This document shows positions 39,812 through 50,140 of a DNA stretch of 64,000 nt, one piece after another. The translations under genes were made by a program, and so were the position numbers. The notes below the pieces were generated by a model. It was not told the DNA's origin. It searched no databases and saw nothing but the letters and a program-made list of their open reading frames with translations. The first letter of the stretch is position 1; each line of letters starts with the position of its first letter. This DNA comes from Reclinomonas americana ATCC 50394 (lineage: Eukaryota). Where the stretch lies: assembly GCA_048213135.1 (NCBI GenBank), contig PS015009.1:744001-808000 (forward strand), read 5' to 3'.

Positions 39812-40881
39812 TCCGCTTTACCGTGATAGCGATCCTGTGCCTGGTATGTCTTTCCTTTGTACTGACAGGCACGCTGGACAATGACAACTGGAAACAGGCT
39901 CCTTACCAACCGGTATACCTCAACATTAAAATACCTCCCGGCTGGCCCAAACCCGCCAAAGATTATTTTACCGACAACCGTATTACCGAGCAGGGATTCC
40001 AACTGGGCAGGAAATTATTTTACGATGGGAAATTGAGCAAGGATGGCAATTTTTCCTGCGGTGGATGTCACCAGCAGTTTGCCGCTTTTGCGCATTACGA
40101 GCATGATCTCAGTCATGGTTTTAATAATAGTTTTACCACGCGTAATGCCCCGGCGTTGTTCAACCTCGCCTGGCAGACCTCCTTTCACCGCGACGGTGGC
40201 GTTAATCATATTGAAGTGCAGGCCATCTCCCCTATTACAGCGCCCAACGAAATGGCCGAGAGCCTGGACAGTGTGCTGATCAAGTTGAAGAATGACAAGG
40301 AATATCCGCGGTTGTTCAAAGCCGCTTTTGGTACACCCGACATTACCACCCAGCGGATGCTGAAAGCGCTGGCACAGTTCACCGGCAGCATCGTTTCCAG
40401 CAATTCAAAATACGACCGGGTAAAAAGAGGAGAAGACCGCTTTACAACATTGGAACAGCAGGGCTACGAACTGTTCAAACAAAAATGCAGTAATTGTCAT
40501 ACCGAACCGTTATTCACCGATAACAGTTTCCGAAACAATGGCCTGGCTAAAGACAGTATGCTGAATGATGTGGGTCGTATGCTGGTGACCGGCGACAGGA
40601 ATGATTCTTTAAAATTCAGGGTGCCCAGCCTGCGCAATGTGCAGCTTACTTTTCCTTATATGCATGATGGACGTATCTATTCATTGGGCGAAGCCGTTGA
40701 GCATTACCGCTCCGGCATTATTACCACGCAACCCACGCTGGACCCACTGCTGAAGAACCGTATATCAATGACATTGCAGGAGAAATACAATATCATTTAT
40801 TTCCTGAACACATTGACCGATTATACGCTGACTAAGAACCCTCGCTTCGGGCCCACGCACCAGATGACTTATATTCATTGA
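39808..40881 (+). CDS. MbnH-like di-heme peroxidase-superfamily protein
   Basis: CGGCH and CSNCH, RNAPALFN, VPSLRN, PYMHDGR. Confidence 0.9.
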   Translation: MIRFTVIAILCLVCLSFVLTGTLDNDNWKQAPYQPVYLNIKIPPGWPKPAKDYFTDNRITEQGFQLGRKLFYDGKLSKDGNFSCGGCHQQFAAFAHYEHDLSHGFNNSFTTRNAPALFNLAWQTSFHRDGGVNHIEVQAISPITAPNEMAESLDSVLIKLKNDKEYPRLFKAAFGTPDITTQRMLKALAQFTGSIVSSNSKYDRVKRGEDRFTTLEQQGYELFKQKCSNCHTEPLFTDNSFRNNGLAKDSMLNDVGRMLVTGDRNDSLKFRVPSLRNVQLTFPYMHDGRIYSLGEAVEHYRSGIITTQPTLDPLLKNRISMTLQEKYNIIYFLNTLTDYTLTKNPRFGPTHQMTYIH

Positions 40882-40895
40882 TTTGACCACAGGTA

Positions 40896-41176
40896 ACTGA
40901 CACCTGGGTCTCCTGCGGAAGACCCAAGCGGAACGGGATGTGCAGACGATGGACGACAGACTACTGACGACAGGAAGTTTGACATAAAATAGAGGCTCTC
41001 CTATATCGGGAAGTTTTATTGTCTGCTCACCAAATTGGCAAGCAGACAAACGGCACCGGGGTCTCCTGCGGAAGACCCAGGCGGAACGGGATGTGCATAC
41101 GATGGACGACAGAATACCGACGACAGGAAGTTTCCCATAAAATAAAAACTCCGCCTTTCAGCGGAGCTTCATTATC
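40896..41176 (+). repeat. Two tandem ~153-bp units of a dispersed repeat with REP-like hairpin core
   Basis: CACC(T/G)GGGTCTCCTGCGGAAGACCCA..CGGAACGGGATGTGCA at 40901 and 41054, followed by homologous tails. Confidence 0.9.
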
Positions 41177-41236
41177 AAAGTTATCGGGTTATCACATTGT
41201 CGCATTCGCATATTCACGCATCTGCACATTCACGCA

Positions 41237-41878
41237 TCAGGAAACCTTCCTCTTCCCCCTCAGTGTTTCCAGCACTTGTTTTTGCTTGTCATTTTCTTTC
41301 ACCTGGTCTTCCTGTGCTTTTTTGTTTTCCTCTATTTTTTTCTCGAGTTTCTTCTTTTGCTTTTGCAGATCGTCGGCTTCTTCTGCCAGCGAGGTTGATC
41401 TTTTTTCATTCTTTTTAACCACATCATCCTGTTCGGTGATCTGCTGTTCCAGGTCGTATACAGCAATGAGGTTGCGCAGGTTATCGAGGTATTCTTTGGC
41501 ATTGCCAATGAGGATCTCGTCGGATTTCTCAGCGGCAAAATCATCAAAGCCTTTGGAGATCATCAGCGTTACAATGGAAATATCCTTCTCTTTACGGCCT
41601 TTGGAATCGATTGAGAAATAAAGATCATATTCCGATTTGCCCAGCGCTTCCAGTTTTACGCCTTTATACACGGTATAACCTTTGCTGTCTTTTCCCCGGT
41701 AACCCAGTTTTTCGAGTGTATCCTTAATGGCATTGGCCACCAGTTTTTCAGGGAAAGGAATTTCATTCACAATGGCATCCCGCTTTATTTTCTGGTATTC
41801 CACCGAAGTGATATGCGATTGAGCCGAAAGAGAAAGCGTAAAGAAGGACAGGAATAATGGAAGTATTACTTTTTTCAT
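41237..41878 (-). CDS. Exported hypothetical protein with C-terminal coiled coil
   Basis: Signal peptide MKKVILPLF...SAQ, K/E/Q-rich heptad tail. Confidence 0.8.
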   Translation of the reverse strand: MKKVILPLFLSFFTLSLSAQSHITSVEYQKIKRDAIVNEIPFPEKLVANAIKDTLEKLGYRGKDSKGYTVYKGVKLEALGKSEYDLYFSIDSKGRKEKDISIVTLMISKGFDDFAAEKSDEILIGNAKEYLDNLRNLIAVYDLEQQITEQDDVVKKNEKRSTSLAEEADDLQKQKKKLEKKIEENKKAQEDQVKENDKQKQVLETLRGKRKVS

Positions 41879-42015
41879 GGTATAAAAATTTGATGCAAAT
41901 ATAGATTTTGTTAAGGAAGCACAAATATCAATAACCAAAGACCGGGCAAATACAGATAATTGGCAGGCAGAATTGGAATTATACAAGTAAATTTGACGTA
42001 AAATTAAAACAGCCA

Positions 42016-43530
42016 TTGAGCGGCATTAAAAAATTAGCGGGACAAACGCTTTGGTACGGTCTGCCAACCATTGCCGCAAGATTCCTGGGTTACCTGATGA
42101 ATATGGCCCTGCCCTTTATTGTGGCCATGCCGGGTAAAACGGCCGACCTGGTACAGGTGTATACACTCATCCCTTTCCTGAACATATTATTTACTTACGG
42201 ACTGGAAACCGCCTATTTCCGGTTTTCCCAAACACACGATAAACAGCAGTTGTACAGTACCCTGTCCTTGTCGCTGCTGGCCAGTACCATTTTCTTTTCC
42301 GCGTTACTGTTGCTTTGCCGCAACAGCCTGGCTTCCGCTGCCGACCTGAACCAGCACCCGGAGTACCTGCTGTGGATGATCGGCATCATCGCCGTTGACA
42401 GTCTGAACACACTTCCGTTTGCCAAGCTGCGCCAGGAGAACAGGCCCCGGCGTTATGCTTTTGCCCGTATAGCCGGCATCGTTATTAACGTGGCCGTGGT
42501 GATCTTTTTCCTTGGGATCGTTCCCAAATGGCTGCAGACGCACCCGGGTAGTTTTTGGAAGAGCGTATACAACCCTGATTTCGGGCTGGGCTACTACCTG
42601 GTGGGGAATCTTGCCGGCAGTTTGTTTACCCTTTTGCTTTTATCAAAAGAGATACGCCAGGTACAGTTGCGTTTCAACACCGGTATGTGGAGGGAAGTGA
42701 TGCGGTACAGCCTGCCCCTTATTATTGTGGGACTTGGTGGTATGGTGAATGATGTGCTCAGCCGCCTTATCTACCGTCATGTGGTAGACCTCCCGATGGA
42801 CCAGGCCAATCACGAACTCGGCATATTCGCCAATATATTCCGCATCGCCCTGCTCATTACCATTATGATACAGGCTTTCCGCATGGCAGCGGAACCCTTC
42901 TTCTTCAACCGCAGCCGCGACGAGAATGCACAGCGTACGTATGCCCGTGTGATGAAATTTTTTGTGATCGCCTGTTGCTTCATGTTCCTGCTTATTGGCC
43001 TGTTCCTCGATATTTTCAAATGGGTGTTCCTCAAATTCGCCAACCCGCACTGGGCCGAAGGCATACAGGTGGTACCATTGCTGGCGCTGGGCAATATCTT
43101 CCTGGGTATTTATTACAACCTCAGCGTATGGTATAAGCTCACCAACAAGAACAGCTATGGCGCCGTGATCACGGTGATTGGCGCTGTGATCACCGTTGTG
43201 CTTAATATTGTACTCATCCCCCGGCTGCATTATACCGGTGCGGCCATCGCCACTTTCTGCTGTTACCTGTTCATGATGATCAGCAGTTATAAACTCGGGC
43301 AGAAATATTACCCGGTTCCTTATCCCACCAAAAAACTCATCGCTTACCTGGTACTGGTAATCCTTATCTACCTGTTGCACTTAGGGCTGACGCATTTTAT
43401 ATCGGGTTCTTTGCGGTTCTCTATTTCAACCGGCTTCGTTCTTTTCGCGTTCTTCGCCTGGTTTGTAAGCCGCGTGGAAGCCAGGGAACTGGCCAAACTC
43501 CCGGTAATCGGAAAGTATTTTAATAAATAG
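42016..43530 (+). CDS. Wzx/MOP-family polysaccharide flippase
   Basis: KKLAGQTLWYG, TYGLETAYFRF, QAFRMAAEPFFF, many TM helices. Confidence 0.88.
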   Translation: MSGIKKLAGQTLWYGLPTIAARFLGYLMNMALPFIVAMPGKTADLVQVYTLIPFLNILFTYGLETAYFRFSQTHDKQQLYSTLSLSLLASTIFFSALLLLCRNSLASAADLNQHPEYLLWMIGIIAVDSLNTLPFAKLRQENRPRRYAFARIAGIVINVAVVIFFLGIVPKWLQTHPGSFWKSVYNPDFGLGYYLVGNLAGSLFTLLLLSKEIRQVQLRFNTGMWREVMRYSLPLIIVGLGGMVNDVLSRLIYRHVVDLPMDQANHELGIFANIFRIALLITIMIQAFRMAAEPFFFNRSRDENAQRTYARVMKFFVIACCFMFLLIGLFLDIFKWVFLKFANPHWAEGIQVVPLLALGNIFLGIYYNLSVWYKLTNKNSYGAVITVIGAVITVVLNIVLIPRLHYTGAAIATFCCYLFMMISSYKLGQKYYPVPYPTKKLIAYLVLVILIYLLHLGLTHFISGSLRFSISTGFVLFAFFAWFVSRVEARELAKLPVIGKYFNK

Positions 43531-43629
43531 ATTTGTGAATGATCCCATTATTTTAAATTACCGGGGAGTCTGTTGTGATCGTAATATCCCATTTTCAAAT
43601 CATCAAATTATCACATCATCAAATCAGGA

Positions 43630-44637
43630 ATGCGTAAGTTGCTTCAATACCTGCTCAAACGTCCCCTCACCTGGATGGGCAATAACCTGTCGGCCTCGCC
43701 GAAACAGGAAGCGGTATTCAAATCGCTGACGCGTTTATACAAATCGATCGGAAAAAAAGAAAAGAAAGTCAAGTTGCTGCAGATCGATCCCGTAACAGAT
43801 GCTTTTATCATCCTCAGCGATCATCACAAAGGCAATCGCGACCAGGCAGATGACTTTCAGAACTGCGAGGACAATTACATCGCTGCACTGCAACATTATC
43901 ACCAGCAATGCTACAGCTATATCAACCTGGGTGACAGCGAAGAATTGTGGAAGTACAAAGTGGCGGAAGTGATTCCCCAATACACGACTGCTTTACGGGC
44001 CGAAGCCGCCTTTCAACCTGACGATAAATATTTTCGCTGTTTCGGCAACCACGACATCATCTGGAAAAACAAATGGGATGTGGAACTCCTGCTTAAATCC
44101 TGTTTCCATATGCCCCTGCCTGTATATGAGGCCATCGCGTTGCAGGCTACTATTAATGAAAGGAAAATTACTATCCTTGTCACACACGGCCACCAGGGCG
44201 ATAAGATGAGTGACAACAATGCAGTAAGTACCTGGCTGGTGGCGCACATCTGGACGCCTGTTCAACGCTACCTGCGCATCAATGTGAACACGGCCAGTAA
44301 AGACTATACTTTAAGAAGTAAACACAACCGCCTGATGTACGAGTGGAGCAGTAAAAAGAAAGACCTGCTGCTTATAACCGGGCATACACACCAGCCTGTG
44401 TTCGCATCGGGTAAATACCACGATCACCCCGCGGGGCAGATACAGGCAGGCAATCCTTACACTTTAAAACCTTCTTATTTCAATACGGGCTGTTGTTGTT
44501 TCAGCGACGGAGATATCACCGGCATCGAAATAGCCAATGGTAAGATCGCACTGATCAAATGGACAAAAGAAAACGACATTCCTGTTCCTAAAGTACTCGA
44601 AGAAATTGCGCTCACGGAGCTGGTAAAAGACCTTTAA
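43630..44637 (+). CDS. Calcineurin-like metallophosphoesterase
   Basis: SDHH, GDSEELW, GNHD, HGH, GHTH, NTG. Confidence 0.88.
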   Translation: MRKLLQYLLKRPLTWMGNNLSASPKQEAVFKSLTRLYKSIGKKEKKVKLLQIDPVTDAFIILSDHHKGNRDQADDFQNCEDNYIAALQHYHQQCYSYINLGDSEELWKYKVAEVIPQYTTALRAEAAFQPDDKYFRCFGNHDIIWKNKWDVELLLKSCFHMPLPVYEAIALQATINERKITILVTHGHQGDKMSDNNAVSTWLVAHIWTPVQRYLRINVNTASKDYTLRSKHNRLMYEWSSKKKDLLLITGHTHQPVFASGKYHDHPAGQIQAGNPYTLKPSYFNTGCCCFSDGDITGIEIANGKIALIKWTKENDIPVPKVLEEIALTELVKDL

Positions 44638-44696
44638 ATAACGAGGCGTATAAATGGGCCATTCATTTGCTATCACCACAACTTCAAATTTTCAAA

Positions 44697-45500
44697 TCAA
44701 CTCTTCCTGTAAAGTTCGTAAATGATCTTCCTGTCGCCGTTGCTTAACACCGGGATGGAATCATTATGTACAAAATGCAGTTTAAAGGCTTTGATGGCGG
44801 CAACTGAATCGCGGGTATCATACCCCACGACGCGGAGTCCTTGTATGGCGTTGAAATCGGCAGGCAGCACAGTTTTACTGGTATCGTACCAGTTACCAAA
44901 CCCTTCGCGTGACAGTTGTTCCCAGGGAAAGAAACGGCTGGGGTCCACTTTGCGTTTGGGAGCAATATCCGAGTGGCCGATAAAATTAGCTGTGGGAATA
45001 CTGAATTGCTTTTTCAGCATTTTCAATACAATGATCAGGTTATTGATCTGCGCTTCAGTGAAAGGTTCAAATCCATTATTGTCGAGTTCAATGCCAATGG
45101 AAGCGGAATTGATATCCGACAGGTTACCCCATCTTGCATTGCCCGCATGCCAGGCCCTCAGGTAGTCGTTCAGCATATGCTGTACAGTACCATCGCGGCA
45201 GATGACATAGTGAGCGCTTACTTCGGTGCGTTTAAGCGTGAACGTGGTGAGCGTTTGTTCACAGCTGTTTTGCGCTGTATGATGAATGATCACATAAGAC
45301 GGTCTGCGCATACCAAAATTGGTGGTACCCGCCCATTGTGAAGGCTGAAGGGCGCTGTCTACCGGCGCCGGACGGCTTTTCAGCTCTTTTGCAAAAGCCT
45401 TCGCCTGTTGTTTATATATTTTATTGGAAGAAGAATAAGTACTGCTGCAACTGTTGCCCACGGCTGTTATCGCAAGCAGGATAATGATGAGATTTTTCAT
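44697..45500 (-). CDS. N-acetylmuramoyl-L-alanine amidase (Amidase_2), lipoprotein
   Basis: Lipobox-like NSC, IIHHT, SAHY, AWHAG, SIGIE, GHSDIAPKRKVDP. Confidence 0.92.
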   Translation of the reverse strand: MKNLIIILLAITAVGNSCSSTYSSSNKIYKQQAKAFAKELKSRPAPVDSALQPSQWAGTTNFGMRRPSYVIIHHTAQNSCEQTLTTFTLKRTEVSAHYVICRDGTVQHMLNDYLRAWHAGNARWGNLSDINSASIGIELDNNGFEPFTEAQINNLIIVLKMLKKQFSIPTANFIGHSDIAPKRKVDPSRFFPWEQLSREGFGNWYDTSKTVLPADFNAIQGLRVVGYDTRDSVAAIKAFKLHFVHNDSIPVLSNGDRKIIYELYRKS

Positions 45501-45669
45501 TATAACTGGTTGATACAAAAGGTAAATTTAGGCAATATCCCGACAATTAACCCTGCTTTTGCTTAGTAAAACCCCAGTACAGAAATCGTATTTCTACAAT
45601 CTCTTTTTGCGTACTTATACAATAAATCGAATTTTTTCGACGTTAGTGTAGGACCTTATCCAGCAATAC

Positions 45670-48261
45670 ATGAAAAATCTTCTACAAAGACTGTCGTTTT
45701 TGTATTACAGAAACGCGTCCCTTACCGTGCTGCTGCTTGTGGCCGGTATTACAGCCGGCGCCCAGTGCGGCATGACGGTTACCACGCAAAAAAACCATGT
45801 TACCTGTTATAATGGTACCAATGGTTCCCTTACCATCAATGTTTCAGGCGGTACCGCTCCCTACCAGTATCAACTGGCAGAAGCGGGTGCAGGCGCCTGG
45901 AGTACGAATAACACCTTCAACGGATTGGCAGCGAATACTTATCCCGTATCGGTGAGGGACAATACCGGCTGCGTGATCACCGTATATGCCGTGATCACAC
46001 AACCCGCCGCATATGTCATTAACTATACCGCGGCAAATGCCACCTGCACCGGTTCCAATAATGGCAGTATATCCGTTACCGTTAGTGGCGGTACGTCGCC
46101 CTATAGTTACAACTGGACAAAGAACAGCGTTGCTTTTGCCACTACGCAGAGCATCAGTGGTCTTTCTCCCGCCAGTTATGAACTCATTGTTACCGATGCC
46201 ATGGGTTGCACCACGGCACCCATTGTTTCGCAGCAGATCAACAACATAGGTGTTACTGGTTATAACGAAGATGTGGTGGCCAATGGCAATAACAACTCGC
46301 CGGAGTCTGCCACCAGCCAGGCTTTTGACGATGGCAACGGCGCTGTACTGTATGCAGATGGTTACAGCAATGCGTCGGGTGTTTCGGAAAGTCCGGGCGG
46401 ACTGCCTTCCAACCGGTACATCACCAGTGCGCAGAACAGCGAACGGGTATACCGCCTCGCATCTTACAACAACGACAACTCATTACTCCTTCGTTCCGCT
46501 TCCGCAACTACCTATGGCGGCAGCGTTAGCGGAACCTTGAGTTTCCAGAACCAGTACCGCACCAACTACAGCACTTTGTATGTGCTGGGATCAACCGGTT
46601 CGGGTACGGGCACGGTTAATTATACGGTTAATTTTGCTGATGGCACTACCGCTACCGGTCAGCTCACGTTTGCCGACTGGTACCTGGAAAGTAGTCCTCA
46701 ATCGGCCATTAAACTGAAACGCGTTAACCGTACCAGCGGCACTTTTGATACGCGGTACGACTTCAACCTTTTTGAACTGCCCATTACTTTGTCTGCCACC
46801 AACCAGCGCAAGACCATTAATTCTGTTGGCTTTGAATGGGCGGGAGCGGGAAGCGCCAGGGTGAACATCATGGGTATTTTAGGATATACTTCCACATCGG
46901 TGGGTATACCCATACTCGACGGCACTACCACTTCCGTTACGCCATCGGTGAGTGTAAGTTCCAATGCGCCTTCCAATACTTTCTGTACCGGGCAGTCGGT
47001 TACTTTTACCGCTACGCCGGTCAATGGAGGCAATACACCATCTTACCAGTGGAAAAAGAACAACAACAATATTCCCGGCGCTACGTCGGCCACTTATACC
47101 ACAACCACACTGAGTAATAATGATGTGATCAAAGTAACGATGACCAGCAGTCTCACCTGTGTTACCACCAGCAGTGCCACCAGCAATAGTCTTACTATGG
47201 TTAATGGTACAGCCGTTCCCGCGGTAAGCATCACCACCACATCAGCCAGTATCTGCAGTGGCACAGTAGCCGTATTCTCTGCCGCCCCGGTAAATGGTGG
47301 CAGTGCGCCATCGTACCAGTGGAAAGTGAACAACACCAATGTAGGTACTAACAGTCACGTATACACGTCGTTACTCCTGAACAACAATGACCAGGTAAAA
47401 GTGATCATGACCAGCAATATTGCCTGTGCAACGGCAAACCCGGCGACCAGCAACCAGATACTGATGAGTGTGGGTCTTAATGTGACCCCCACCATCAGCA
47501 TCGCTTCAAGCCCGGCCGTACCTGTACAGGGCCAGCCCGTCACTTTTTCATCAACCATAACCAATGGTGGCGGCAGTCCCGCTTACCAGTGGTATAAGAA
47601 TGGCGGTGTGATCAACGGTGCCACTAACCCAACACTCTCTGTAGCTTTACCGCTGGCCAGCGACATTTATTCTGTTCGGCTCACCAGCAGCAATCCCTGT
47701 GTTTCCACGCCCTATGCCATGAGCAATTACATGACTATTGGGTCGGGTACGCTCCCGGTATCGCTGGCCTGGTTCCACGCGGCACCTATGAATGGCAAGG
47801 CCTGGCTGCAATGGAAAACTTCGCAGGAGATCAACAGCCGGGCTTTCATTATTGAACGAACAACCGCCTCGCAACCCAACAACTTTGTATACATCGGTCG
47901 TATCATGAGTACCAATAATCCTAATGGCAATACGTACGATCACATCGATGCCCCGTCGCCGGGTATTTATCTCTACCGGCTGCAGGAACAGGATATCAAC
48001 GGGCAGAACCGTTCGCTGGGCATACGCCGGGTGGACCTTAGCAGCAACAAAGCCAGCTGGCAGGTGTCAGACGCGGGCAGTTACTGGTTACTGAGCGTTC
48101 CGCAGGAATGCCGGTACCGCTTACTCGATATGCAGGGCCGTGTTCTTCAAAACGCAGCAGGAACCGGTATCATGACCATTAATAAACCCAATGCTGGCGG
48201 TATTTATATCCTGCAGGTGGAAACCGGCGGACAACAATCATCACAAAAATTAATCAGATAA
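45670..48261 (+). CDS. T9SS-secreted protein: SprB-like repeats, central domain, three Ig-like repeats, type A CTD
   Basis: VSGGTAPY/VSGGTSPY repeats, 3x NGG..P.YQW units, LPVSLAWF linker, DMQGR..GIYILQV..KLIR CTD. Confidence 0.88.
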   Translation: MKNLLQRLSFLYYRNASLTVLLLVAGITAGAQCGMTVTTQKNHVTCYNGTNGSLTINVSGGTAPYQYQLAEAGAGAWSTNNTFNGLAANTYPVSVRDNTGCVITVYAVITQPAAYVINYTAANATCTGSNNGSISVTVSGGTSPYSYNWTKNSVAFATTQSISGLSPASYELIVTDAMGCTTAPIVSQQINNIGVTGYNEDVVANGNNNSPESATSQAFDDGNGAVLYADGYSNASGVSESPGGLPSNRYITSAQNSERVYRLASYNNDNSLLLRSASATTYGGSVSGTLSFQNQYRTNYSTLYVLGSTGSGTGTVNYTVNFADGTTATGQLTFADWYLESSPQSAIKLKRVNRTSGTFDTRYDFNLFELPITLSATNQRKTINSVGFEWAGAGSARVNIMGILGYTSTSVGIPILDGTTTSVTPSVSVSSNAPSNTFCTGQSVTFTATPVNGGNTPSYQWKKNNNNIPGATSATYTTTTLSNNDVIKVTMTSSLTCVTTSSATSNSLTMVNGTAVPAVSITTTSASICSGTVAVFSAAPVNGGSAPSYQWKVNNTNVGTNSHVYTSLLLNNNDQVKVIMTSNIACATANPATSNQILMSVGLNVTPTISIASSPAVPVQGQPVTFSSTITNGGGSPAYQWYKNGGVINGATNPTLSVALPLASDIYSVRLTSSNPCVSTPYAMSNYMTIGSGTLPVSLAWFHAAPMNGKAWLQWKTSQEINSRAFIIERTTASQPNNFVYIGRIMSTNNPNGNTYDHIDAPSPGIYLYRLQEQDINGQNRSLGIRRVDLSSNKASWQVSDAGSYWLLSVPQECRYRLLDMQGRVLQNAAGTGIMTINKPNAGGIYILQVETGGQQSSQKLIR

Positions 48262-48291
48262 GTCGCGACTGAGGGTAACCATGCGATCCAT

Positions 48292-48322
48292 GAAAGAGCC
48301 ATCCGTAAGGGTGGCTTTCTTT
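48292..48322 (+). terminator. Intrinsic terminator
   Basis: GAAAGAGCCATCC-GTAA-GGGTGGCTTTCTTT. Confidence 0.75.
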
Positions 48323-48447
48323 ATTCCGGATAAGGTGATGACAAAAACCAGTAGAAATACGCGTGTGCAGGTTGACGGGCATTTTTACTTTTAAACCAGA
48401 AGACCCGTTTTTTACCCGTCCTTAAACCTTAGACCTAATCATCCAGT

Positions 48448-49881
48448 ATGAAAAAGTACATCGCCGCCGCTGGCCTGGTTGCAGGTATGTTTTACGCCTG
48501 TAACCAGGCCGGACCGGCAGGCAACGCCACCGACAATTTTGTGGACAGCATCAACCGGTTCTGTCCCGATACAGCAAAGGGCAATGACCTTTGCTCCGAT
48601 CTTCCCTACGACATTAATGAAAAATTCGGCATTGGTTATTCCACAGAACTAACGCCCACCATACAACCACCCTTTGACATCTTCAGCTGGCAGACCTTTG
48701 TGGCATTGAACTGGCCTGCCGACAACAAGGGTAATCCCATCGGCAACAGCATCGCTGCCAACCCCGGCGCACCCAGGGTTTGGGAAAGTTATCCCGACAT
48801 AGAAGAGATCTTCAGCGACAAAGCGCCATTGCTGTTACAGATCAAAGATGCCAGGAACAGCAATCTGAAATTCTTTTACCGGACCTCAAAAAGTCCGCAC
48901 CGCATTGGTATGAATGGTGACCTGCTGGATGCCGACGGTTACCCGCTTATTGACCGTAACCTCAACTTCGTGGTATTCAGTGTAAGTGCCAATCCTGTAG
49001 AGGCCGGTTTTATTTCGGCCAATAACCTCACTACCAAAAAAGGTATCGACAGCATTTCCGTACCGCTCAGTCCCGATGAACCCAACAAACGCCAGATACA
49101 AATGCCCGCCAGCGTTCCAGGCCAGTCGCCCGGTTCCATGGAGATCAAAACGGCCTGGCGTATACTTGATTCTGTAAGAGGTGGTGATATTCCTTCCAGG
49201 TATTATACCCGTGACGCCATCATTTATATTTCCGGCGATAACAGTACCAGCGGACAACCTTTTAAAATTAAAGCGAAGGTTGGACTGGTAGGTATGCACA
49301 TCATCCGTAAGACAGGCATGTTTGCCAACTGGATATGGAGCACTTTTGAACATATAGATAATGTGCCCGATAACCTGCAGGAAGCACAGATGAACCAGCC
49401 GCCCAAATACCCCTGGTCATTTTATTATCCTTCATCCATGGGATTACTGGCCAATACGCCTGTAGACACTTTTGCCAATGAAGGCGGCAATTACCGTTTC
49501 GATTCCACCTGGCCTTATGCCAAACGTTATGCCGCTACTGTTTACGGCGAACGCAACAGCCAGGCTGTGTTTGGCACACAGGCACAAAGGATGACTGCCA
49601 TTTATTACCGTACCGAAGAAGTAAATGCACTGTGGCGTAAAAAGCTGGCTGGTACGGTGTGGGCCAATTATAAACTGATTGGCAGCCAGTGGGCCAAGTC
49701 GACCCTTACGCCGGGTAAACCATTGCCATCCGCCCCTTCATTGCTGGGCAATACCACACTGGAAACATTTTCACTGACCTCGGCCAGTTGTATCGGTTGC
49801 CATTCTGGCGCTATCATCAATTACAACCAGCACTCCATATTCACCGACTTCAGCTTCCTGCTGGCCTTACACGCCAAATGA
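48448..49881 (+). CDS. Hypothetical lipoprotein with single C-terminal CxxCH (putative c-type cytochrome)
   Basis: Lipobox FYAC, SWQTFVALNWPA, IKTAWR, GMHI, WIWSTFEH, SCIGCH. Confidence 0.8.
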   Translation: MKKYIAAAGLVAGMFYACNQAGPAGNATDNFVDSINRFCPDTAKGNDLCSDLPYDINEKFGIGYSTELTPTIQPPFDIFSWQTFVALNWPADNKGNPIGNSIAANPGAPRVWESYPDIEEIFSDKAPLLLQIKDARNSNLKFFYRTSKSPHRIGMNGDLLDADGYPLIDRNLNFVVFSVSANPVEAGFISANNLTTKKGIDSISVPLSPDEPNKRQIQMPASVPGQSPGSMEIKTAWRILDSVRGGDIPSRYYTRDAIIYISGDNSTSGQPFKIKAKVGLVGMHIIRKTGMFANWIWSTFEHIDNVPDNLQEAQMNQPPKYPWSFYYPSSMGLLANTPVDTFANEGGNYRFDSTWPYAKRYAATVYGERNSQAVFGTQAQRMTAIYYRTEEVNALWRKKLAGTVWANYKLIGSQWAKSTLTPGKPLPSAPSLLGNTTLETFSLTSASCIGCHSGAIINYNQHSIFTDFSFLLALHAK

Positions 49882-49915
49882 TGCTGGCATTACGGCACTC
49901 CTGTCGTTCTCTGCC

Positions 49916-49948
49916 AAAAGCGCCCCGGTTCCCGGGGCCTTTTTATTT
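49916..49948 (+). terminator. Intrinsic terminator
   Basis: GCCCCGG-TTC-CCGGGGC followed by CTTTTTATTT. Confidence 0.75.
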
Positions 49949-49974
49949 AACCTGTTCATATTGTCATAACCCGG

Positions 49975-50140
49975 AAGCTGCCCGTAGTCAGTCGTCCGCG
50001 GTCTGCTCACTCGGTTCCGCCGGGGCCTTCCGCAGGAGACCCCGGTGCCTGTTACCCCTTTGCCAACTTGACAACCAGATAATGAAACTTCCCGATGAAG
50101 CGGAGTTACTATTTTATAACAGACTGCCTGTCGTCAGTGA
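49975..50140 (-). repeat. Further copy of the ~153-bp repeat (reverse orientation)
   Basis: Reverse complement ACTGACGACAGGCAGT..ATAAAATAG..ATCGGGAAGTTTCATT..TTGGCAA..GGCACCGGGGTCTCCTGCGGAAGGCCCCGGCGGAAC aligns with 40965-41090. Confidence 0.88.

Noticed and set aside
40896..41176. Direct repeats as a mini-CRISPR array
   Set aside because: 153-bp period, homologous rather than unique intervening sequence, no cas genes.
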